The position numbers and the translations under genes are program-made. Shown in pieces: positions 12,178-23,800 of a DNA stretch of 64,000 bases. A model generated the notes under the pieces. That model saw only the letters and a list, made by a program, of their open reading frames with translations, searched no databases and had not been told where the DNA came from. Where the stretch lies: NCBI GenBank assembly GCA_051362555.1, contig CM120643.1:28834848-28898847 (forward strand), written 5' to 3'. Each line of letters starts with the position of its first letter. The first letter of the stretch is position 1. The DNA is from Lingula anatina. Its lineage: Eukaryota; Animalia; Brachiopoda.

Positions 12178-13789
12178 TGAATATATTTTATTTTGTGAAA
12201 ATAGTGACTGCATGAAAATCAAATTCTGGTTTTTAAAAAGAATATTGTGAAACTCCGATGGAACATAAAGAAGACAGTCGTACTGATTCTGGTATGCTGA
12301 TTAAGATAAAGAAATTGCATTGATATAAATCTATGACATTCCTGCTATTATCAATGCAACTGGGGAAAATGTCCAGTCTTATCAAATTTTAGTGAATCCT
12401 GATTTGGACCAGTCGTTCTAGGTGGTCTGAATGGCGAGTAAGCTGAAAAGTTATTGGCATATATTTTTTGACGATTGCCCTTTTATAAACTTATCTATTA
12501 TATATCATAATAATATCAAGCAACTAAATCCAAATTAAAAGAATTATATTAGAATTCTCCATTTATGAATGAAATAAAGATCTCAGCAAATCATTCTTGC
12601 AGTTTACCCATCACCAGGCTTGCAGATTTCAATATGTGCACTTTTCTGTAACGCCACCCTGTGACTTTTGGCCAGATGGCAGCAACCAATTCTGCCAGCG
12701 CGCAAATGACGTTGTGTCCCCTCTGCAGAGGTAGGGCTACCTGTCTTGGCTGAGATGTCTGCTGAAACAAGGCACGTGGTTTGAAGGAATGCTCTGAAGT
12801 AACAAGCTTTTCAAAAGGGGCTCTTTATATTTGTCACAGAAGAGCAAGTGATTTTAAAAGATCAGAACAATCGCCTGTCTTCATTGCTGTCAAGGGGGCT
12901 TGACTTGGGCCTGTTAAAGTGACAGTGCCTGAGTAGTTATGCAAACAATAACCAGCTACGTAATTACTGGGTCACAGCAAAAACAGTCCCATCACTTTTA
13001 AAACTGGACACATATCTGTGGCTGCGATAGAGGGTACCTGCCCACCATTCAGACCACATCGCAAGGAAAACCAGCAGGATTTTTTTTTTTTAGCAAAATG
13101 CTGATAAAATCCCTTAACGATTACCAGTCACAGTTAACCAGTGTACCAGAAACAATTTCAAACAAATATATAAAATTGTTCTTAAACTCTCACCCTCAAC
13201 CGAACAAATAATAACAACAACTCTGTATTTGTGGTCCATAAAAAGAACCTTTATTCTAAGAAACTGGAGAAAAATATTTTCAAAATGCTTCTCCACGTTA
13301 TTGGACTTTAAATTGTGACAAAACATTCTACCACGTAACCCTCTCATTCTACGTCTCTGCTGAATTCAACATCACATCTTGCTCACATTCCAAGCTAAAG
13401 ATCTCGAGACGTCAGGATTGTATAAGAATATTCAACTTTTAGCCATTCAACCACTCTGTTCACCACATGTCACTATCATACATTTATCCATATAAAAGCA
13501 AACCTCTTGATCCACAGTTATAACAATAATAATTATAATAATAAAAAGCCTTATAGTTTACTTTCCATATCTTTGAAGTAAGTCACACAGCAAATCGGCT
13601 GTTTCACAATCAGGGGTACAAAATAGGGGTCACATTGAGAGAAAAATGAACTCTGATGCATTTGTTTAATTTTGTAACAGATAAAAAGAATAACATCTTA
13701 ACTATGACATCCAACATTTTTAGAACACAATATTAATTATTTTTTGTGTTATGTTCAAATTAACAGAATGCCTCTTAGGCTAAGATTTG

Positions 13790-15034
13790 GGGGTACGGAC
13801 ACTACACATGCAAGTAATTGATGCTTTTGTAACTGAAATATCATATTGTTTACCAGTTATTTTTGCCAACATTCTAAAAATATCAAAATAAATATATAAC
13901 AACAGTACTTTAACCAAAAGGATACAAGTACATGTATTAACTTTCATTCACCAGACTTTAATTTAAACTTTTTCTTTCTGCTGCTTGGTCTTTTTTATTT
14001 ATTTATTTATTGATTGATTGATTGATTTTTGTTTCAGTCTTGATTCTTGTTTTTTGAGTCTTTTCTTCTTTTTCATTTCTCGTTAATTTGCACCTCTTGC
14101 TCTGCTGTTTTCAGGATTGTTGGGTTTATGCTTCTCCTTGACTCTCTTATATGTTCTTATATGTTCTTATTTCTTCTCTCATCTTTAGCCTTTCTTGCTG
14201 GGCCAGCCTTGGATGATTCTTCATTTTTCTGCTCTGCTATGTTACGTGCATTCAACATCTTCCTTACGTGCTTCAGCATGACTGTTAGCTCTTTGACATT
14301 TTTTTTCAAATTATTTTTGCTGACAGTAAAAATGTCAGGTTTCCTATTTCTTTTCCTATTTGGCTTTTGTTCATTGTCATCCATGTTTGATACTTTATCC
14401 ACTGAGAGTATTATAAATATAGTTCTGTTAATTATTTATGAATTGTAGTGTCCGTAACCCCTCAAAATATATCATATACATTAATCCATAGAATATTAAT
14501 CCATATACAATTTATTATTTTGGAATTAGCTATATTTAGCAATATATTGGAAGCAATATTGTTCATTTTGAATGCAAAGAGTAGCATCTTTACTGATATT
14601 ATTTTATTTATTTATTTTTATTTATTTATTTATTTGCAAAATGTCTTGCCTGACTCTTATTGATATAGTATCACTTTATCAAATATACATTTATATACAA
14701 AGTTTTTTCTAAACATCATAGGACATGAATGCATTTTATACAATCCAGAACAATATTTTGTACCATATTTTGAAATTTTATCATCATTGATAAGTAGCCA
14801 GTTATCCAATAGTTAAAGTATAACTTGGGGGTACGGACACTACAGTAGGGGTACGGACACTACATTTTGCACCAAATTCTTGCATATCTTTTCATAATAA
14901 GGGGTAATGTGCTATTTTCTTCCTGAAAAATAAATGTCAGTGTGGACATACATAAAATAATAAAATCAGACAAAATATGATGTGATTCCTAAATAAAACA
15001 GATGGGGGGGGGGGGGGGGGGTACGGACACTACA
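13790..15034. mobile_element. Decayed DNA-transposon-like region with a repeated 17-mer
   Basis: ggggtacggacactaca at 13790, 14828, 14848 and 15018, inverted at 14444-14461; Lys/Glu-rich minus-strand ORF remnant at 14157-14402. Confidence 0.4.
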
Positions 15035-16844
15035 AAAATTAGGACACACCTAGGGGCTCATGATTATAAATACCATAGCATAATTAATAATGGTTACATG
15101 TGCACAACTCCTTTATTATGTTTAAGTCATAACATGGTAAATTCATCTTATTATCACGTAGGTGATTTCAAAGTAATATTTGGCCTTATCAAATATGTTT
15201 TTCATTGCATTAACAAAAATAAGTAAAATGTGTACAAAAGCCTGTTTAAGCAAAATGGTTGAAACATTTTTTCTCAGAACATTTGCTTGGAAGAACCTGC
15301 TAGAAGAGAAGACATATGTTGTAGGAATTATATACCAATATCATATTCACCATAAATCATTGACATAAAGAGCTAGTGCATCATATTTATGACCTTAATT
15401 GCAAATGACCCATCGTAACAGCTAAAAATAGGTACTTTTTGAACACATAATTGGTTATAGAAAAAATCATTGCAATAACTCTTTATTTTAAGCCATCATC
15501 AAGAGATCTCAAAAGGCCATTTTAACATAATTGTAATTTTACGGCCAGCACTGTTACATCTCAACTATTGCAAATACGTTCACTTTCCCCAAACAATAAC
15601 CAAGGTCCAAAAGGTAGTACATTAATTCCCATGCACAAACGTACACTGTATGTAACAGGCAGTGTCCACGTTATTTTCTGGACGGCGGGTTTCTTACTAT
15701 ATCAACAAACCAAGGGTTTACTTTAATTAACTGCGAGTTAAGTAAAAGGACAAGATGGGATTGCAAAGAAAGAAGAATAATGCTTATTGTGTGTGCGTGC
15801 CTGTGTGTGTGTGTGGGGGGGGGGGGAGGTTGTGTGCGTGTGAGGGGGGGGTTAAGACCCAAATCTAGCAGTATACCAGTTAGAGGTTGAAGGAAACGAA
15901 ATGTAAGAAACTTGAAGTAGAATGAAAAATGAAAAGGGCTAGCATTTTACAAATATTTTTAAAACTGTAACTGTGTTGCAGCTTACAGTCCTGCAGTGCG
16001 ACAGATGAAGGGTTAAAATAAACTACTGTAGATCTATTGGAGAAAGTGAAATGGTGCTGCAAGCGACAGTAACGAAGGTTAAACATTTTGTTCATTTATG
16101 TTTTTAAATCTAGTAATTAATTTTTTTGTTTATTTTAAGTTGCTAGACTGATGTGAGGTAAGTGCCACTTTGACAAACAATTTTCCCGCTCTCTTATGTT
16201 TAATAATATAAAAAGTTGGACCTTTTTTTTAGAAAGAGTGAAAACATCTCTATTGGCAAACGGTACTAAGTCTAAGTCTACTGAGTTATAGAACATTAAA
16301 ATGTCATTTACTATAAGCACCAGTTCATAAAGTCTTGTTGTTATAAAATTGCTGTGGCCCCATATGATATGGTATGCAGAAAGAAGCTGGATTGCTGACA
16401 ACCGACTAATAATATTGGGTGCATAAACCACTTATGGAATTAATATGCAACGAAGTCTGGAACTGAAACCCGGCAATGAATAATTCAAATTGAAATCATA
16501 TGTGAAAATACTGTAATACTTTGAATTGAAATGCAGTTGTTACTACCAACGTAAGTCTGTCATCGTGTGTATTTATGAGACAGGAGAAGAAAATAGAAGA
16601 AGTGTGCAGTATCCCACACAGATAACACATTAATAAAGCTTTTGAATACGAGCCAAATTTAACCTAAATATTAGCATATTCACTGAACTTAAGGTGGTTT
16701 TTCAATGTCTGCTAGATCGACCCCCATCCCCCCAGTCCCTATTCATGGGGGGGGGTTAGTCGATTGCCACTCTCATCTTCACCAGGACGTCAGAAAATAA
16801 TGAAAGGAAAATTCTGTTTGTACTCAACTATTTTACTACTATAT

Positions 16845-17133
16845 GACCCCATTCGGAATAGATGATCCGAGTACTTACTGATCCGCCAACTAAATATGGC
16901 CGACCACACATCAAAAGCGACGCCGCTGATTCCCGATAGTCTCCCCGCCTCCACAGGCGCCTTTAAAGGGATTAAATCTCGGCTCTGAGGTTTAATTGCT
17001 GGGCGCCTGCAGCGACGGCGTGTGTGGAGGCCGGGTGTCCAACGAGAATAGGCAGCATCTCTTTTGAATTGTGGTCGGACATATTTAATCGGCGGATCAG
17101 TAAGCACTCGGATCGTGTATTCTGAATGGGGCC
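16845..17133. mobile_element. Fold-back MITE, PIF/Harbinger-like
   Basis: ~110-bp imperfect inverted arms (gaccccattcggaata... / ...tattctgaatggggcc) flanked by TAT on both sides. Confidence 0.8.
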
Positions 17134-17399
17134 TATGATCTAAGTACCACTGAACTTATAACTTATATTGCTCATATAACTTACATAAGTCTCAAAGATA
17201 TTACGAGACCACCAGAACACACACGTTGTGTCGTTTTCGGATGTGAAGGATAAAGCCGTTGCTTCTTGGTGTTTTATCATATTAAGTCAAGGCATGACAG
17301 AAGGCACCGAGAGAAAGAAATGAATTTCGTTTCTGCTAGTAAAAGTGATTTTCTTTTGAAATGAGGGCACTTGAATCATCATCAGCACGTCCTCAGAGG

Positions 17400-17460
17400 C
17401 GAACTTTGAACGCAGAAGTATGACGTGGTTAATCATAGGACCTGGCTGACTATGATTGGC
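17400..17460 (+). promoter_or_regulatory. Possible promoter elements of carboxypeptidase copy 2
   Basis: TGACGTGG (UPRE/CRE-like) at 17421-17428 and inverted CCAAT (ATTGG) at 17455-17459, upstream of a probable non-coding first exon ending at 17610. Confidence 0.3.
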
Positions 17461-17735
17461 TGACATGTTAACTCAGAGGTGATGAGTACTTAAGCCGCAC
17501 CCATCTACCAGATTGTAAATGCGCAGTAGAGAGATTCCAAGCATCTTGTTCAGTTACGGTGCCACATTGTTAAGAAGCGAAGAAATTAACTTTGATCGAT
17601 TGAACTGACGGTGAGAAATAATTCATTTAACGCGATGCATATTTCCCGGATGCAACATTGAGGGTGTAATTTGTGATTTCAAATCTAATACGATCAGCCT
17701 TTTCTCTCTGACAGGTTTAACAGGTCGCATTTGTC

Positions 17736-17869
17736 ATGACCGCTTCCAACAGTCACCCGAAGTCCGCGGCACGGGAGCATCGCCGAGGAGCGATGCTGTT
17801 AGCGCTGGCACTAACGGGTTTCTGTACCCTGATAACGGCTCTGCCGACCCCGGTCAAGAGAAATGACAG
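17736..17869 (+). CDS. Carboxypeptidase copy 2, first coding exon (signal peptide)
   Basis: MTASNSHPKSAAREHRRGAMLLALALTGFCTLITALPTPVKRND; strong ag|gtaag donor; second in-frame ATG at 17793; acceptor at 17714, with a probable non-coding exon ending at the gtgag donor at 17611. Confidence 0.75.
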
Positions 17870-20800
17870 GTAAGTTTTTTATTTGCTTTCTAAAACAAAT
17901 TTACTCGCTGGCTTTCAGATTTTAAAAGTTAGTCGCAATTGGCAAGAGAATTGTATTTTCAAGCTCATTCGACACTACAGCTCCATGTCTATCCAGATCT
18001 GAATTTGATTGGTCAATCTTGATATTATGTCCAGTAAATGGGACAATTTGTCAATAAATATTAATTGATTGATAATCCTAATCGGCCAAACGGTGCGTCA
18101 CCCCTTGTGCCACAAATGTAAACAGATGGTCTTCCAAATCGATCAAAACACCACAATTACCACCATTCAGTTTATGGCATGTTTGTGTATTTCGGAAAAT
18201 TGAACTTTTATTGTATTATAAGAATTCAGTACATCATCTATCGTTTGAAAGTGTACAGTTTGCATCAGATTAATTTTCATCTATGTCGGGTGGCTAAAGA
18301 ACCGTTAATAATTTCAAAGTTCAAAAGCTTGCACAGTTTTTAGGATACTGCAGTGAAATTCGGAATACTTTAGAAAAATGTTTTTTTTTAAATAATGCTG
18401 AAAAGTTTCATGAGTCTACCCTAGTTATGGCAAACCGTAAAGATTACAATCTTCAGTCAATTTGTCAAAATTGCCAGACACTGGCACCTGTCAGACGACA
18501 AATAGGCCGGCATGCGTTTTTTTATTTATTTATTTATTTATTTATTTTAGAGTTTTTTAATGTTCTGAATTTCTTGTTTAGAGAAATTAAACTTAACAAG
18601 GGAATTTCTGAATGAGTGCCTCACAACTGATATCCATGTTGGACGAGTCTGTAAGCAACCCTGTATAAGTAATTTGTTAGTTAAATCGAATCTTAAATAT
18701 TAATTGTTGGTAAAGATCTGTTTTGGCTTTGGGACGTGCATATACATGTATATGTCTATATAAATGTCGTTTTCTAAAGTCCCGAAGGCATGCGACAAAG
18801 ATATAGAGGAGGAAAATATGTCAGTGGAAACTTGTGGAAGCTTAAACACATCATTGTTTCAAGTCAAAATCTGTGGGAAAAAGATTTGATGATAAATTAT
18901 CATATTAGATTGCGCATGGCATGTCATTCTGAAAGGGCTACTAACTTTTTCTCCTACTTCACCAAGTCAAATACTGTAATCAGCTCAATGAATACCAGTT
19001 ATAAAGGTTGCTTTTGCTTATGGCAATTTTCTAGTAGTTGACATTTCATATCTTGAGAACTGCGTACTGGAGCCGCGCTTTGATTCAGGTATAAAAGTAA
19101 ACTTAAGTTTAATTCTTTATACCTCATTCGACATGCGCCTTATCGTGGCCATTTTTTGGTCATTATAACTCAGGATACTGTATTCATTTACACGATCAGC
19201 CAATACCTGTACTCTGCTGACAGTAAGTCTGTCGAAAGCTTCCTCATAATGTTCAAGAGTGAGACTCCACCAAACGTATTGCAGCCACCACGACCCCATC
19301 CCTATTATTTTTAGTATGGGCATTTTGGTAATGTTGCTTAGTGCTTCTTTCTCTTTGAGCTGATCTCCCAATAATATTCATCACACCTGTCTATTTTTTT
19401 TGGTCTTTGCTGGATATTACAGTGCTATTGGCCAATTTCAGTTTTTCAGCTTTTGAAACCGATTGACCAAAGGTGTTTTTTTCGTACACATTTCAATGAT
19501 GTTCCACAACCTGGTTGAATTTGGATAGTTGGCAAAGATTCATCAGTATATGTGGGTGCAACGCTTAGCAGTTACTCATTTCTTGTATTTCGTCATATAG
19601 ATCACTCTCGAAGTGCATAACGGTTTGACGCTTTATTTCAATGACAGTTATATATCTACTCTACCAGCCAGCATAAACCAGGACGCAACGTGGCTTGTTG
19701 TTGAAGTGTACCTCGTTAGTTCCTGTATTTGATCATTTTATTTGTGTTTAATGTAAAAAGTACATATTAACACACCTATTCCAGAGTGATAGATGAAGAA
19801 AAACCGGAAGTCCAGCGAAGGGAGAAACGATCTTTGCCACCTCAAGCCCAATTCAACCAGAGCGGTTACAATAGGGTTGACGTCGTAAGGCATAAAAATG
19901 ATTGCTGATTAGGCCCTATAATTGCAAATAACATGTATCATCGTTATTCTAGTTTACATATACGCACATGCGCGCGTGAAGACAAACCAATATGTTATCT
20001 AACGTACTTGTCTTCTCTTAGTTTTTCCGTTTTGAATAGAATATTTCTACATAATTGTTATTTTAAGCACCAGTGTTTATCTTCAGTAGTCGACAAGAAA
20101 AAAAAATCAAAAACAAAAGCACAATTTCTGTGTTGTCAAAAAACAGGCTCAAAATTACTCAAATTAAACTTTGGGCGACAGCAGTTAAAACATTTATCTA
20201 GAACCTAAGACCAACTCTCGGTATTAAATTACCTTCATCCCGTTACTTACCCTGAGATTGAAGAGTTCTCTTGAAACTGTAGAGACTGCAGATAATATAG
20301 ATGCTGATAATAGGGAGGGGAGTTCTCAGTGAACTCTGAAACCAGGGTTTCTCGCTCTTGACTTCAGATCTATAAATGGCTGAAGACGATGGAGAGTTCG
20401 TGTGGCGGGAAATGCTCCGTGTTCAACTTAAGGTATAAATCCTCCGAAGGGCGAGCACTACGTGCCATCAAGGTACGGTGATAAGCATATAATATGAACT
20501 ATTTTGGTAAAGTTTAGCATACAGAGGGCACATTTAGCATACAGGGGGTTTATTAACATATCATGTACGACATTTTAGATTAGTGGAAAGATTGTCGTTC
20601 TTTAAATATTCCTCACTTAGTAATTAGCATACGGCTTTTAAGGAAAATTGATATAATTCGGTAATAAGCATGCGAGGATCAACGTTATATATATGTCTTT
20701 CAAAGCACAGGACGAATTATTGGCGTCAAATCTACCATGAGGTATACAGTAATGAGTATAAAATAGTTCTAGATTGGCGCGTTTCAAGTTCTGTCTAGTT

Positions 20801-23800
20801 CTTTCCAAATATGATTGTTATTTCGTTTGGATTGAAACGGTTACTCCTACATTTGCTGACAAGACAATACGAGATAAGACAGCTGGCAAGACGAAAAAAA
20901 GGTTGGAAAGTAAATCATCGTTTTTATCAAGACTAACCTATTGCATTTTACCCACGAACCACGGTATTGTGATCAATGACCTTTGATGAAGGATCAAAAA
21001 GTCAAGCCTCATAAATGAACATGTTTATATTCTTTCGATTATAACCTCCATTCCTATCATTTCCTATCATTCAAACTGGACATAAAAAGTTCTAGTATAA
21101 TTTCAGATTGGAACCCCTAATCCCCAAATCAACAAACCAGCAATATGGATAGACTCTGGCTTGCACGCCAGGGAGTGGATTGGGATCTCCTCCGCTCTTT
21201 ACTTTATAAACAAGGTACACATTCATGGGACTGTAAGTACACGCTTTGTACAGAAATGGTTTCCGTAACAGAAACCTGCTCTTTACTTTTTACACTCTTC
21301 GGGTGTGGCTGATTACTTTTACTCTGTTCAAAATTAATTATTGTTTTGCATCATTTTAAAATCTACCCCCTTATTTTCAAGCTGATCAGTGACTACGACC
21401 AGCCAGAGGTGAAGAACTTGGTGGACTCGTATGACTGGTATATTCTACCCGTGGTCAACCCTGATGGATATGAGTACTCTCACACACACGTAAAAGAACG
21501 ATTATGATTTATACTATATAATTGCTAATTATTACAAACCAGCAAAGCCGTCAAATGCACAGACAAAAAGCAGAGAATAATAATGCACAAAATGGGATAC
21601 TGTCAATTCTGATGCAATAATACATTAGTGAATGTATGAGTCAAAATAATAATCCAGTAGAGCTGGACTGTTAATCATTATGTCATATTGCATCAAAATT
21701 GACAAATAAAAAACCTACTCAGTGCAATACCACCACAAATATTATGCAAAGAAAAATGAGCCACTTCTTATTTTTTAACTTTCAAGAATGATTCTTAGGA
21801 TTGTCGTGCAACTAAAATTAGAAAAACAGCTCTACTGGATTATAATTTTTTGTGGAATTTTCTCATTCTTGTATTTTCAAAGCATGAACTTGAACTCTCT
21901 TAGGTCTGAAGCCTTATGCTTGTTACACATTTTACTTTCATTGGTATTACCTGTTGCGCAGAATTAAATAAAATCTGATGCTGGCTTTGCAGTTAAGCAT
22001 GATGTATTATTGCATCAGAATTGACGGTGTCCTATTTTGTGCAACATTATGTTTTGCTTTTTTCTGTACGTTTGACAGCTTTGCTGCCTTGTTATTTCTC
22101 ATTTTTTTATAAAACGAAGTCATTTTACACGGTGATTTGTGATTTTCTACTCAAATTTTCAATGAGATGTGAATTAAAATTTATTTACTCTGATTTGTGA
22201 TTTGATGATTTTATTTCCTGTGAAGTGTGATACCCCCCCCCCCCCCCACCACCACCAATAGGACCCTCATTTAAACCTTTCAAGTTGACTCAAGCCTTAA
22301 ATGTGCTAATAAATTACTTCACTCGCACTGTTTTAGGATCGCATGTGGCGCAAGACACGTTCAAAGCAGGATAATGATTGCTACGGAGTCGATGCTAACA
22401 GGAACTTTAACTTTCACTGGAATGGTAGGAATACGTTTGCGCCAGAACACATACATACACTAATGACCAAAAGTTTTAGTCGAGTTGCCACTCCTAGGGC
22501 CCAATGCTGGAACGCTGCAATGTCTTTTCTGAGACTCTTTTTAAAGATATGTATTCCTTATGGTAAGAGAAGCAACATTGAGTTTGTTACAACCTTCGAG
22601 ACATTTTTCAAGATGACCGCCGATTGGTGAGAGAAAATAGAAAAACAGCCCAAGAACAGTTCTTTCAGAACAGTACAGCATTTCTGTTCAAGGATTACAG
22701 ATAAAGACATTGCAGGGTAAGCAGGCATGCTAGACTATGAAGCAAAATCTTTTTTTCCGGAATTTTTCAATATATCTGTAGTTAGTTGTATATTTAGAAA
22801 CGTGGTTTTGGAAATAGATTTCTGTGTAAAACAGCGCGTTACAATTGATATATTCCATTTTTCATAAATTATTGGGAGTATTTATATTGCAATGGGATAT
22901 TTTGGATATATCATGTTGCACTTGAAAATATTCTGTCTGACTTCAAGTATGTTGATTAAGAGACTTCAAAGGAATGCAATAAATTCTGTCGCAGCTGTAA
23001 CTGTTTTTTTTTTTTTTTTTGCCTGGGCTGTAAGCATGTAACGTATGTTAATGAGGTATTACAATGTAGTACTGAACTATGTTAACACTGGAACTCACTG
23101 GAAACTAAACAATCAACATGCATGGTGGCGGTTTAAGGAATTGCCTAGACCTTGCTGTGCCAGTTTCAGGGGTTATTACAATGAAATAATATGAAAACAG
23201 ATTTTGCAGTTCATTGTTAAGCAATGAGTAGAAGTAATAATTATCAAATAATTGCGTTTATTTCGTGAAACGAAAGTCTTTTAGACTATGCAATAAAAAA
23301 GACCACATGAATGTTTTGGAGAAAACATAGTGAGTGTTAAGAAACCTTTGAAATAAGAGAAATTAACAGAATCAACATTACAATTACATTTTTAAAATAT
23401 TTAGTTTTTATACTATGTAAAAGTCATTCTTTTCTTAGAGGCTGGAACTGACCCGGACCCCTGTCACAATACTTTCGCTGGCAAGAGGGCGTTTTCCGAA
23501 CCAGAAACCCAGGCGATGAGTGATTTTATCTTGTCTAAGAGGCGTGACATTAAGATTTACATTAGTCTCCATAGTTACGGAAATTTATGGCTGACGCCAT
23601 GGGGGTACACCAGAATCCTTCCAGGTGACTACGATGAACTGGTGAGATGATATTATTATTATTATTATTATAATTATTATTAAGCCTGAAAAATTGAGTA
23701 CAGAACGTGACGTCATACGGGCGTGAAATCGCTTCAAGAGATGTTAAATTTTAAACCCATAAGGTAGAAGCTGTGTTTCGGGAATTTCGTCTCCAAAATC

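Larger units (their letters stand above)
3125..13565 (+). repeat. Tandem segmental duplication unit, paralogous to 22675-27263
   Basis: Introns, exons and about 1.4 kb of 3' flank align visibly with copy 2; similarity ends after ttatagtt(t/a)actttc at 13565/27263. Confidence 0.9.

Noticed and set aside
19060-19371. Open frames in the first coding intron of copy 2 as pro-domain exons or a nested gene
   Set aside because: The translations show no recognisable activation-peptide motif or other family similarity.
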